A stretch of DNA of 63,971 bases, the filler included. It is 11 parts of 11 records of this genome, joined end to end, with 100 filler letters (N's around TTAATTAATTAA, not from the genome) between each part and the next. Parts side by side here need not be neighbours in the genome. Positions count along the whole stretch, not along the records: positions 26,808 to 35,773 come from SRR7504441_9103; positions 35,874 to 39,893 come from SRR7504441_9104; positions 39,994 to 43,608 come from SRR7504441_9106; 8 more parts are not named here. One strand, given 5' to 3'. Position numbers and translations under genes: made by a program. A model generated the notes under the pieces. That model was not told where the DNA came from and searched no databases. It was given only the letters and a program-made list of their open reading frames with translations. Shown in pieces: positions 31,574 through 43,708 of the stretch (position 1 is its first letter; every line of letters begins with the position of its first letter).

Positions 31574-34130
31574 ATGGGTGGCTGCTTGGCAAAAGTGTGC
31601 TGCTGCCGTTGCCGGGGCAACTTCTGCGCGCGCAAGTGCGGCTGCTGCTCGGAAAGCTACAATTCGGATGACTTCCACGTGATCGAAGACCCGGGCAACA
31701 CAGGTGCCTCGCCCCGGCCCGGCCGCAGGGCACCCGGCCGCAGGGCTTTGCCGGCTGATCCCCAAGAACACCCGGACCGGGGTCACAGACACGCCGCAGC
31801 TGGGCGCCCCGTTCCTGGGGGTGCTCGAGATCCGGCGGATCCAAGTCAACCACGCCTCGCTGCCAGAGCTGTGGATCCAGATCAGCTGCGCCGGCGACTC
31901 GCTGGAGCTCTCCAAAGTGCAGCTGGAGGAGATGCCGTTCATATTCGTGATCGACCGGTCAGACGAGCTGCTTAACATCACGGTGGCTCGGCCGGGCTTG
32001 CCCGTTACAGTTGATTGCAGATCAAATCGGCGGGTGACGAGGTTGGGAGCGGCACGATCGCGATAGGGAGCTCAGACTCCAAGATCTCGAAGCTTGCCGT
32101 CCGGGGCGACTGGTTCGACAACAACGTCCCGTGGAGTGAAGTGGACCAGATTCTTGAAAAGGGCCCCAAGGACAACGGCCCGGACTGTACCATCTCATTC
32201 CAGGTGTCCTCCCATACGCCCAGCCACCTTCGTGCCTCCTGCGAACATATTGCGCGGTGCAGTGCCGATACCAATATGTCCGCGGGACGCATGACGGCGG
32301 ATCGGCGTACGGGGCTGGCTACTTTTCTTCCGACAAGGGCTGCTGCGGTGCGCAAGGGTCGGCCAACCACTGGTCAGCTGCTGGCCACCCGACTGCTGAG
32401 ACCAGCTGCCAGGTGCTGCTCGCACGATAACGTGTTTGTGGTGTCGGAGGACACCGAGAACAATACTGGCAGTACCATGCTTGGCCGGGCGATGGAGGGC
32501 GTACGGCGTGAGGTCAGGCTCCCGTAGAGCCGGCTCTGAAGCCCCGGGCCAGAAACAAGAGATTGAGGAGGCGTACGATGCGCTGACCGAGTCCGAGGAC
32601 GAGAAGATGCAGCTGCTGGCCAACACCACCAAGACCTGGATGTCGCGCGTGCATGATAAGATCTCAAAGGTATCTCAACGACCGGTCGCCCGTCTGAGTG
32701 CGGATCCAGATCCAACTTGATCGACTGGCCGAACGGGAGCGGGAGGAGGGGGCGTTCAGCGGGGAAGGCTCGCGCGGGCTACTCCCAACTGTGAGCTGCG
32801 TGCTCAACTACGGCAACATGTTCAAGTCGGTGGCCAACAAGAATATAATGATGGTCGGGCTGGCACCGCGAGCTTTGGCCGAGCTGGCTGGCAGGTGATT
32901 GCCTCTTCGGAGCATTGGAAGCATGAGTTCACCTTCGTCAACCGGCTGCGCGAGAGCAACCCTGATTCGTCCCCGTCACAATTGGTGCGCTGGCCGACTT
33001 AAAGGGCTCGCGGCCAGCAGTCGATTGCAGGGTCGGGACGCAGCCAGGGCTCTGCAGGAAGAAGGCAACGATCGGAGCTTTTTCAAGATATTGCGCGATC
33101 TCAACTCGGACCAGGACGGCAGGATCGTCAAGTGGGCGCCTCGCTGTGAGCGCGCGATTAGACCTGGTGGCAGGACGCTCGAGCCACCTGCTTGCTACAA
33201 GCCGGAGCTCTATAACATTCGTCTGGCCGTGCCGACAGACCACACAACCGGGATGGGTGCGCCTGCCAGCAGCCCAGTCCGAGCAACTGCCAGGCTCACT
33301 GTTCGTGCTCCGGCCGAACACTCCGTGCATCGTCTTTGACTGCGACGGCACTCTGACCACAGGCGACGAGGAAGTAGTCAAACAGTTCTTTCTTGGCCCG
33401 GTCGGGCTTGACGACATGTACGACCCGCAGATGCAGGTTGTCGCCTGATTGGCAGCGCCCGATTAAGGAGGGGCCAGCGCGGTGCTTCAACCTGCTGTCG
33501 GCTCTGGGCAGCCAAGGGCTACCAGTGTATATATCTCTCGGGGCGGCAGGGCTCTTACCAGCAGATGTCTAACAACTGGCTGATGTGGGCCGCACTCCTG
33601 GTCTGAGCTGAGCTGATCGTGCCTGGTGTAGGTCGCATAACTTCCCACCAGGGCCAGTGCATCTGACTCGAACTTCGATTCCAACTCTACCAATCTACAG
33701 CTCGGTCGGCGTTTTCAAGATGGAGTACATGCAGGAGCTTAAAGACAAGGGCTGTGAGATCTACGCGTGCTATGGCAACACCACCACGGACATCAAAGCC
33801 TACCAAAACATCATGGCACCCGAGAACCATGACAGAGTCTTCATTGTGGGTCCACACGGTCAGGCAGCCGAGGAGGCCGGCTCTAAGGCAATCGATTATG
33901 AGAGCCACAATCCCACCATCCTGACTAAGTACCCGGACGCGGCAGTGCCAATCCCGTACACTTCGCTAGGCTGGGGTCCGGTTTTCCTGGGTGAAGATGA
34001 TACAAGCGAGGAAATCCACCGGGTTGATCTGCGGGCGAGTGGTCCTGTATCTGAGACACGCCAGTTCAAGTCCGCTGCATCTGCAAGTGATACACCTACA
34101 ATGGGAAAGGCAGACTTGGAGATGCGTTGA
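31574..34130 (+). CDS. Acylated C2-like + LNS2/lipin-type HAD domain protein (multi-intron)
   Basis: MGGCLAKVCCCRC N-terminus; C2-like beta region; IVFDCDGTLT, GYQCIYLSGR, FPPGPV, YACYGNTTTDIKAY. Confidence 0.7.
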
Positions 34131-34742
34131 GTTTCAACTCGAGCTGTGATTGCGAAGCAATCATGGTGCCAAAGGATTGGTGACGTGTTAGACGAACATG
34201 ATCATCTCGTATCCATGGCCAGCAGATTCGATGAATTAGCCAGACTGAATCCAGACGGCCTAGTTACATGTAATGTAATTATCAATTAAGGTATGTACTC
34301 CGTGTATTCTAAGCATGAGATTTAATGAGATAACTTAGAGATAATTGATTTTGAAGCTTCGGGATCACATTAATCACACAATCAGTCATACTGATTGACT
34401 GAGTCAGCACCCCAGTACTTAGCACCCCAGACTTACAGACTTGCAATTGTACCCTCCAATAATTATTGCAAGCTAGTACTCTACACGAGCAAGCATGAAG
34501 TAGAAAGTGCGCGAACGCACGAAGCACCCCAAATGCGAAAAGGTATAGTATTGGTAGCGTACACTCATGTACGGTACCCCCTCCTCGCCCTGCTGAGGTA
34601 CCGGTCCGTCGTGTTTAACACGGGAAGAAGCTTCGTCCGTCTCGTGCGTTAGATCGTATATCTGCTTTTTTCTTCGCGCGCCCCGTGCGTGAAATTTGTG
34701 GCTCTGTGGAGGCCCCGGTTTGCCGCTCGACGATTCTGTTAG

Positions 34743-35282
34743 CCGCGCCCGAGCTTAGCAAGAACCATCACTGTGAGCGACAACGAGAATCCATACTTGT
34801 TGTGCTCCGCAGGAACAACCCATACGCTTCCGGGGACTGCATCATCTGCGCTTGTGGGCATTGCGGATACGGATACACCGCCTCCTGCGGTATGCAGTCC
34901 TGGCGTGGGCATTGATCTGGGCTGCTCGGCAACAGACAACTGCCAACAGCCTCTGGATCTTTCCATCTCTTGCACATCCACCTGTACAAGCGGCTGCTGC
35001 ATGGCAAACCAAGGCAGGGCTCGCATCCTTACCAGCCTTGATGCTCCAGCCTTTGAGGTTGGACAGCACAGTGTCTCTTGCTCCACCGAAGATTCCTCAG
35101 GCAACCAAGGAGTATCGGTCAAAACCATTGAAGTGATTGACAGCGAGCTGCCTCAACTGCAAGGCTGCGTCACCTCTGAGGTGACCCTCAATGCTTCAGA
35201 AACGACTGCCTCCAGCTCCGGCTCCAGCTCCGACGAGCTCCTCGAGGTCTCATATAACGATGTCTTGCAAGAGGAGGAATAG
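34743..35282 (+). pseudogene. HYR-repeat fragment with no evident start (orphan exon or relic)
   Basis: ATDNC...FEVGQHSVSCSTEDSSGN...IEVIDSELP matches the HYR pattern; in-frame TAG at 34740-34742; no ATG upstream of the HYR core. Confidence 0.4.
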
Positions 35283-35646
35283 GCATGCACACCAAGCAAC
35301 TGATTGCCATGTGATTGGCAAGTACGTGGATGACAATTTGAAGTTCATTAATTAAGAGATTGGCACACCATGCCCACAAAAACCAATCATGCGCTCTAGG
35401 GCTCCATCATTTAGTTACACTTTTTTTAGCTTCAAGCCATCGTAGGTTGACCAATCCACAATGAATAAGCAATAAAACAACAAGCTAACATACACATGAA
35501 CGCAAGTACGGCCAGGCGGCCGCATCGGTCGTATACACTTATTTACACTAGTAGTTATCGAGGCACCTTCCGTCCCAAATCCGGACTAACGGCATCTGCC
35601 GCGACAGCCAGGCTCCACTCGAGCTCTTGCTCACCCGACCTACCGG

Positions 35647-35773
35647 ATGAGCCCGTACTCCGTTCGCGTGGTGACGCTGCTGGCTGCGCTGCTGGTGGCC
35701 GGCGCGCTCGGCCAGGCGAGCTCGGTTGTGCTCTCGTCGGTCAACGACTTCCTGCTCACCGGCGGGGCAGCGG
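35647..35773 (+). CDS. 5' end of a secreted protein, truncated
   Basis: ATG followed by signal peptide VVTLLAALLVAGALG. Confidence 0.45.
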
Positions 35774-35873
35774 NNNNNNNNNNNNNNNNNNNNNNNNNNN
35801 NNNNNNNNNNNNNNNNNTTAATTAATTAANNNNNNNNNNNNNNNNNNNNNNNNNNNNNNNNNNNNNNNNNNNN
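35774..35873. other. Artificial contig spacer
   Basis: N44-TTAATTAATTAA-N44. Confidence 0.98.
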
Positions 35874-36019
35874 GTCCATTGCCTACCACCATTTGGTGTG
35901 TACGGTGCACGTGTGTCAGTATACGAGGTACAGAGACCGTTGTGGCGCTGCAAAGCTCACCGACTGTACGCGGCGCCTCCAGGAGCCGCAGGCTGGCGGT
36001 GACTGAGGGGACACCCTTG

Positions 36020-36778
36020 ATGATGGACGCTCCGGAGGACGGACCCGAGGCCCAAGAGCTGACCGGCTGGGTGGCCGAGCCGCACGCAGTGGGCGACGAG
36101 GAGGTGCCCGAGCGGCCCGCCAGCCGGTTCGGCGGGCGATTCGAGTACCCGATCAAGGGCCGGCTGCTCCAGCCATGGCTGCCCTGCTGCATTCGGATCG
36201 GTGCCGGCTGCCGACTGCTCGCCCACTGAGAGCGGAGACAGGCCGGCTGCATGGCTGCGCCACCGGGACTCTGGACAGGATGCCGCGCCTGGTGTGGGGG
36301 GCGGGCTGGCCCATGCTGCTGGTGTCCACGGGGATCATCGGCGGGCTCTCCTGGCTGCTGCTGGCGTTCGTGCTCCATCGTACTCTATTCATGGATGTGA
36401 TATACTGGCTGCTCTGCTTCCATTCGCTGGCGGTGCTCTGGCGGTGTGGCAGCAGCGATCCCGGTGTGGTGGCCCGGTGCGTATCGGCCGAAGACTGTGG
36501 TGCCCCGGTGCCGGTGTGGCACCCCATGAGCGAAAGCTTCTACGGCCAAGGTGTCCGCTGGAACGGGAGCAGGGTGTGATTGTGTGGCAGGACGGGGTGT
36601 CAGCTATTGTGGTGTGAGTGCTGTGCTGGTTGAGGACGAGGACCACTTCTGTGTTTGGACAGGCACCACGATAGGGCGGGGGAACATGCTGTACTTCAAG
36701 TGGTTCCTCGGCGCTGCGGGCGTGCAGGTGATGTTCCTGCTAATGTATATTAGCTCGTCGGTGATGATGGGCCATTGA
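36020..36778 (+). CDS. Divergent DHHC-family palmitoyltransferase (DHFC variant)
   Basis: Two TM helices, SDPG, then DHFCVWTGTTIGRGNMLYF; two short introns. Confidence 0.7.
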
Positions 36779-37035
36779 CCGGTCATTACCACTACCGTAC
36801 TGTAGTCATTGGCACATTGATGTGACCCAAGAATGATGATGAGAAATGCGTTAGATATGTCCTATATAAATGTTCACTTCATCATGACGTTTTAATAAGT
36901 GCGTTTACTTACAATCACGAGTACGTGTAGTGGACACTACAAGTACAAAATGACTTGTGTTATGGAAGACAGCAAGGCTGCTGCCGTTGCTGTTGGACGA
37001 TGGGATTAACCACTGTGTGCCTGTAGCCGGCTGGC

Positions 37036-38930
37036 ATGGGCTGCACTAGCACTCGGCCGAGCCCAGACGAGGAGGCACTGGAGGCGGGCGAGCCAGCAGA
37101 GGAAGCTGAGCCGGCCGAGGAAGCTGAGCCGGCCGAGGGCGACTGGGCCTCTTTCGAGGTGGACTTGTCCAACCCGGCCGCCACGCTGGGCTCAGTGCTC
37201 GCCCCGGGCCTGGTGGCCCAGCTCAACCCGCTCGAGCTCAAGCGGAGCTGCGAGATCATGTACAACTTTCAGATGAGCGGGTACGGGGCACCAGATGTGA
37301 ATAAAGTGCTCCGGGTGATGTTCTGTGAGCACACCGACGCCCAAGTAGACGCCGCCTTCGCTGTGTTTGACGATGACGGCTCGGGGGCGCTGGATGCGGA
37401 CGAGTTCAGGGCGATGCTGGTACGCCAAGCCTGCGCAGGCTAGGGAAGCTCACCCTGTGGCAGCCGTTGCTGGACGAGAGCGTGCTGAAAGGTGGGCCCG
37501 AGTTAATAGACCAGATGTTCCTGGAAGTCGACGAGGACGGTTCCGGAGAGATCGAAATCGACGAGTTCGAAGAACTGCTACGCCGGTGCGGTGCAGGGGG
37601 AGAACAGGCGGTTGAAACTATTGTGCGGCAGGCTGACGGTGCGTTACAAGGGGATCACCCCTGGAGTGCATGAGAACAGGATTAATTGTAATAATAGAGC
37701 GATCAACCAGACATCCGAAGCGATGATGCTCAGGCAGCAACTCGATGGCCAGGACGCAGTTGCACCTCAAGGCGAGTCACTTGTGGGCCGGTGGTGAATG
37801 GCAGGGCAGGGATAGACATGCCCGAAATATTAGCTGCTGGCGGCGGCGCCAAGGCGGTGCAGGCAATGGTAGGACCAGAATGGTCGCTCAGCAGTGCTGA
37901 GCGATGGCCAGGTTGCCTCTAGTGAGCGCCCGGCCTGGCGATTGCTTTCGAGCCAAACGATGGTCCTCGAGATGATCGAAGATGCTCACAGCGAGTTCAT
38001 CAAGTTTAGCAAGAGGCGCGTTGCACCCGATGACAGCTCACGCTCTTACGGCAGATTTGAAGCGATACGGCAGCGAATCAGCGGACTTGAGAGCAAGAAG
38101 CGATTCCGGCCTCTGAAGAGCGGGACCGCATGGCAACTGGCAGGTCAGGCTCACTTAGGTTGTGGGTTGCAGGCCGCCACCGGAGCCGGCTGACCAGAGA
38201 GTTGCAAGCGACATGCTCGCACAGGTATGCCTGCGAGCGGGTGAAGCTGATTTCACTCAAAAGCTCAGTGCGCGCTTGAAGAAGCGGTTTCAGAGGTAGC
38301 TGATGATAGCATATAGTAGTATAGCTAGCCGCGATAGCATATCGAGCTGACGGCTGTCCAGGAAGGTCAACTGCAAAAGCTACGCCAGCAACGCAGCTAA
38401 GAAGCACGCGCTTGATTTGGTCGAGGGCGTGGCTGAGCTGCTAGCGGAGGAGCTTGAAATTGGGGCAATGGACTTGTTTATAACGCGGGTGTACAGCGAC
38501 GCGGGGAGAATTGATTCAGAAGAGGTGAGTCGTTTCGGGCTTTAGTGGCGCTTTCCTGACGGTGCATTTGCAGTTCGACTTTGCCCAGGGAGACGCAGAC
38601 TCTCAAACCCACCTGAGACGATTGAAACGGCCATGTGTCGCGATACAATTGTTTGAGACCCCGAGCGGCGAGATTTATAGAGACTTTGGCGCCGCACGCC
38701 GGCCTCTCGAGCAAAACCTTGTGGTCAACCATATTGCCACATCGACTCGAGGGCCCAACTACATCGTCAAGGATCCTAGCAATGATGTGTTAATGTTGGC
38801 ATTGGACCCAGAGTTCACGTTGGACCATCTCATGCGCCAACCGACTAAAGAAGAAGAGGTGCGCTGGACTGCATCTGCTGGAACAAAACTTAGCGACGAC
38901 TTCAAAGCCTGGAGTGGCCCGCGCCTCTAA
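37036..38930 (+). CDS. N-acylated EF-hand protein with uncharacterised C-terminus (multi-intron; 3' model tentative)
   Basis: MGCTS N-terminus; EF loops DDDGSGALDADEF and DEDGSGEIEIDEF. Confidence 0.6.
37090..37138 (+). repeat. 18-bp coding tandem repeat (EPAEEA, about 2.7 copies)
   Basis: gagccagcagaggaagct / gagccggccgaggaagct / gagccggccgagg. Confidence 0.85.
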
Positions 38931-39158
38931 GATCACACTGATTTCACCATCGATTTCTGAACTAGAGGGACCTCTTGTAATAATTATTGTATAATAATAT
39001 TGTGATACAAGTCATACATGTGCTATTGCGATACAACGCTTGATGCTAGACTCATGCCTACGCGCACGCGTGGTACATAGCTACTACATCTAGCCATAAT
39101 GATATAATTATCTAACCGCTTTCCCGAAGCGCCGAAGCTGGAAAACTGAGGTGAGTGC

Positions 39159-39893
39159 TCATGTACGATCAAATTTATAAAGAAAACATCGCGTCTTCTT
39201 TTGCCAAGACACAGAGACTTCAATCGTTTTCCATAGGGAGATGATTGGGCTGCCAGCACAGAGTGTCAGCAGCCCAAGCACCGGCGTACTATGACCTGTA
39301 AGATTGCAGGACATCCCCACTGATGGGTTTCAAAGTTGCAAAAGTCTTGGCCCGGGAAAGCAGTACTAAATTCCGAACAATGACTTGCATTAGCTTCTCT
39401 GGATAGCAGGTAGATGCAGCTATGAAATGAGTACCATCTTGGTATAGCGGCTGCATCATATCTCCCATTACGAAGGCACACTCTCTGTCGTGTGCTTGGG
39501 TCAGGCGCTTGGCAAAGTCACTCAAAATCTCATCACCAACCTGAGTCAACTTTACAGCCAGGATGCTGTGAGGCAACCTTTGATTTGTTTGCCACCTGAG
39601 CAGCCGCTTCGAGGGCCTGCATGGCACGGTTGTGCCTAGTTGGACTCAACTCTATCCCTGCAGCCTGCAGGTGGTCTCAGCTGGTTGCGTCGAATGACAG
39701 ACCTTTGAGCAGTTTGTCTGGAGGAATATCTGCATCACGACCTTCCCAGTACTGCACCAAAAGCCCCATCACTTTTTTTGTTTGATCATCAGAGTACCCG
39801 GACCCAAGGTCGTAAAGCACGTCATCAAAGTCAACAACAGTGTCGGGAGACCCGTTCAAGGTGGCAAGCCAGGCCTGAACCCCATCAGGGAGT
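39159..39893 (-). CDS. DOT1-like class I SAM methyltransferase, 5'-truncated
   Basis: Spliced DDVLYDLGSG|TGKVVMQ...AGIELSPTRH...FVMGDM; four short introns; stop at 39159-39161. Confidence 0.7.
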
Positions 39894-39993
39894 NNNNNNN
39901 NNNNNNNNNNNNNNNNNNNNNNNNNNNNNNNNNNNNNTTAATTAATTAANNNNNNNNNNNNNNNNNNNNNNNNNNNNNNNNNNNNNNNNNNNN
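39894..39993. other. Artificial contig spacer
   Basis: N44-TTAATTAATTAA-N44. Confidence 0.98.
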
Positions 39994-40061
39994 ATATCAA
40001 ACATTTTTAGACATAAACTAAGCTAATGCGCCTAATTAGATGCACGGACCAAAGCAATGTG

Positions 40062-43000
40062 CTAGGTGAGCATCCACGCGACGATTGTGCACAGACAAAG
40101 CGGTAGCTGCAGTAGCAAGCTGCCGTCGATTACTGGGCCATCTAGCTCGATTGTCTGTGTGCCACTCCACTCAGCAATCAGGCCTTGGAGCTCAAACTTT
40201 TGTGTCTCAATCGGCGCATCAGCTAGTCGAGCAATGATCGTGCAAGCATACGCCAGCAGCGCCAGCTTCAAGCCGTCTTTGGCAGATGCAAGGTTGCTCA
40301 GCACACCAAGCGCCACTGCAATCTGAAGTCCGCCACAGAGCCCTCTCAATTCAGTAGAATCGGCACCTGGCTCGAAAAGAAGCACTTGGTGATTGCTACC
40401 GGGTGTATAAAAGAGCAGATTTTGCGCTACGTGCGCCTGCCAGTCGGTGCCTGCCCTAGTGTGGTGTACCCTGGTCATCAGAACTTGCACCAAGCCAAAT
40501 ATCAAAAAGTAGATCCCATCTAAAAGTAACACCAGGACAGCCACAGGGCTGGCGCTGGATGGCTTGGAGGGCGTGCAAGTGGTCTCTGTTTCATCTGCAT
40601 CTTGAAATTCCTCGGTCAGCGGCTCAATTTCAGCCTGATCCGCTCCTTTGCGCTTGACGGACCTCAGCGAGCTTGCAGCCTGCTTAAAGTGCTCGATTGT
40701 CTGCTCAAACTCGGCCTGGTCTTTGGGCAGTGCCCGCTCAAAGTGCTCAGCAAAGCTTAACCTGTCAACATGCAGAATCAGCAGCAGTAGCTATCTCAGC
40801 TCACCTGCTGATCCTGCCGTCCTTGTTCGTATCCATCTTCCTAATCAGCTGGAAATTTTTGGCCTCGGTCCATTCATCTGACTTTTGCCCGAGACTCCGC
40901 CTTGCCTTGCCCAGTTCCAGAAGCTCACTCGCCTCAATCGTGCCTGAGCCATCCAAGTCGAACAGGGTGAAAATCCCCAACAGCTGGCCCAACCGAGCAG
41001 TGCGCAGTGACCGGGCTGCATCTGGCGGGCTTCCCACAGGAGAATTCGGTCTTGAGGATGACACAGAGGTCGATGCCGCAGTCTGACTTTCAGTGCTTTG
41101 CTTGGCGCTTCGAGGCGAGGGGCCAGTTGCCCGTTTGGGCCATTCGTCAGCATCGAGCTCTGCATCTTGATTTGCGGAGCGGTGTCTCCTCTCAGGGCTT
41201 GCAGTGGCCGAAGATTCTGCTGCGGCAGCCACACTGCCGGTACCGGTCTCTCCGAGTGTGATCAATCGTCGGCATTGGCGGATGGCAGACGTGAACTCAT
41301 GCTCAGAGTTGGGAAGCGCTTGATCAAGGAACGCGACGAGCACATCCCTTTTGAGCAGGATCGGCCTTTCTGAGTCCATTAGCATTTCACGTGCCATGCT
41401 ATGCTGGGCCAGCGGGGCTGGGAACCGCTTTTGTACTCCTGTGCACAAGACCAGGGCAGTGTTGCTCCACCCTGGCCCTTCCACGACGGCTGTCAACAGT
41501 TCTTTGAGTGCCCGTCTGCGACTTTGAGCTGTCATCTTCGACCCATCACTTGAAGCAGGGCCACTGGCAGCCCCGTCCAGTCCTAATGCTGTCCTGAGGG
41601 TAGGCCCACTGATGCTGTCTTGGGTCTGTTTACTCACCGAACTATCCAATTGAGATCTAGTCAGCCCTGACTTGACATCATCCTGCGTACTTGTACTTAG
41701 CGAGTTGTCTAACCGAGTTCGCACCCGATCTGCCTTGGCCTCACCCTGCATACCTCTATTCCCTTTCGATTTCGACTCTCGCGTCTTCCCGGAAGGTGAG
41801 TCGAGGTAATCTCGCCAGCTTGGGGCTGCAGGGCTTGGAGAACCAGCATCACCTTCCCGCATCGATCTGCGGCCCAAGCTCGAGGACCGCTTGGGCGTCA
41901 CTTGGCTGGAGGACTCCTCCTGCGGCTCGGGCTGCGAGCTGAAAAACCCATTCCGTGACATGGAGGTTGGACTGGCCGAGCGTGGCGACCTGTCTTGCGA
42001 GCCTGCCGACCCAACCTTGGATCGAGGACTAGACCAAGGATCTTCGAGCGAAGCTGCTGCCATTTGAGGCGTCAAGCCAGTGCTGTGTGGATCGTGGCTA
42101 CCTGCAGCTGGGCTATACCTGGAACTGCGGATGCTGTCATTCGAGGCCTTGGGGCTGGCAGGCGCGCTGCTGTCTGGCTCAGGTGTGGCAGGTTCCCTCG
42201 CTCGAGAGCGAGAATTGGATCTTCTTTCTATCGCTTCAGAGCCCTTGCCCCGCTGCTCGCGTTTGAGTGCCTTCTTCCGCGCACAGCTGCGAGCCACCTC
42301 GAGGAGCTGCCCGATCTCTTGTTCAAACTCGTCCTGATCTTTGGGCAAGGCTCGCTCAAAATGCTCGGAGAACTCAAGCCCATCGATCTTTCCATCGCCA
42401 TTCACGTCCATTTTGCGTATCATCCGGACATTCCGGGCTTCGGTCCACTCGCCAGACTTTTGTCCGAGGTTCCGGCGCGCCCTGCCCAGCTCGAGCAGCT
42501 CGCTTGCCTCAATCACACCTGATCCATCCAAGTCGAATTCAATGAACACCTCCATCAGCTTTGCTACTCGCTGCGTCCGGTCCATTTTGGCCGTGCTGCT
42601 GGCTGAGCGGCCGCCCGACGGCAGGCTGGGGGATTCGACCGGCGGACGTGACTTTGACAGAGACTTTGAGCGAGCAGATTCGGCAACATCAATATCCCAC
42701 GCCCTCACAGTGCCATCCGAACCAGCAGACAGCAGCAGCCCGGTGCCTTCGCCGCTGCACCAGCTCTGAGGCAGGAAGATGGCGTCGTTCGCGTCGCCGG
42801 CTGATCGACCCGCCCCGAGCTTGCCACTCATTTTGGCAAGGCAGTCACCTGTACTGACCCGCCAGACACGCACAGCGCCGTCGTCGCCACAGGAAGCCAT
42901 CAGCTTGCCCGACGGCGCAAACGCCAGGGAGCGGACGACAGCAGCATGCGCATTCTCTATCACAGAGATGGCGAAGTGCACCCTTTCTGCTGCCTGTGAT

Positions 43001-43608
43001 GAGCCCCAGGTGAAGAGTCTGATTGTATTGTCAGCAGCCCCCGAGCCGACCAGCTTCCGGTTAGGGCTGAACCTGACCGCGAGCACACGGGCTGTGTGCC
43101 CGCTGAGCGTGGCACTGCACTCGGCTCGCTTTGGGTCAGCCACACCGATCCATACCCTCACAAGCGCATCGTCGCCGCCGGCTGCCACCAGCTCTGGCGC
43201 CGCCGTGTCGATGCTGCGCACTCTGTCCGAGCTCCCGCCAAACTCCCCCAGCAGCTCCCCAGTCGCGAGCTGCCACGTGCACAGCTGGTGCCGGTCTGCT
43301 GTCACGAGCGCACCGCTCTGCTCTAGAAGCCCGACAGCGAGCACAGGGCCTGCTGAGTGCTGCAGCACCAACGGATCCTCCTCGCCCCGCCACACGTAGA
43401 CTGCGCCGTTGGTGGTCCCCGCGACCACCTCGCCCCCGCAGCCGACGCAGCAGCAGCCGACGGCCGCGCTGCTCCGGAGCACTTGGCTTGCCCTGTCGCT
43501 CTCTCTGTTCCAAACACGGACCGTGCAGTCCGCCCCGCCGCTCACAACCACACCCGAGCTCCCCGCAGCGCACGCCAGCACCGCCCCCCTGTGTCCGGAC
43601 AGCTCCCG
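40062..43608 (-). CDS. WD40-repeat + duplicated EF-hand module + C-terminal TM protein, 5'-truncated
   Basis: WD repeats (SGGADCTVRVW, SAGSDGTVRAWD); two FDLDGSG.IEASEL modules; a 43-nt intron at 40762-40804 joins ORF 40801 to the hydrophobic ORF ending at 40062. Confidence 0.75.
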
Positions 43609-43708
43609 NNNNNNNNNNNNNNNNNNNNNNNNNNNNNNNNNNNNNNNNNNNNTTAATTAATTAANNNNNNNNNNNNNNNNNNNNNNNNNNNNNNNNNNNN
43701 NNNNNNNN
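43609..43708. other. Artificial contig spacer
   Basis: N44-TTAATTAATTAA-N44. Confidence 0.98.
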
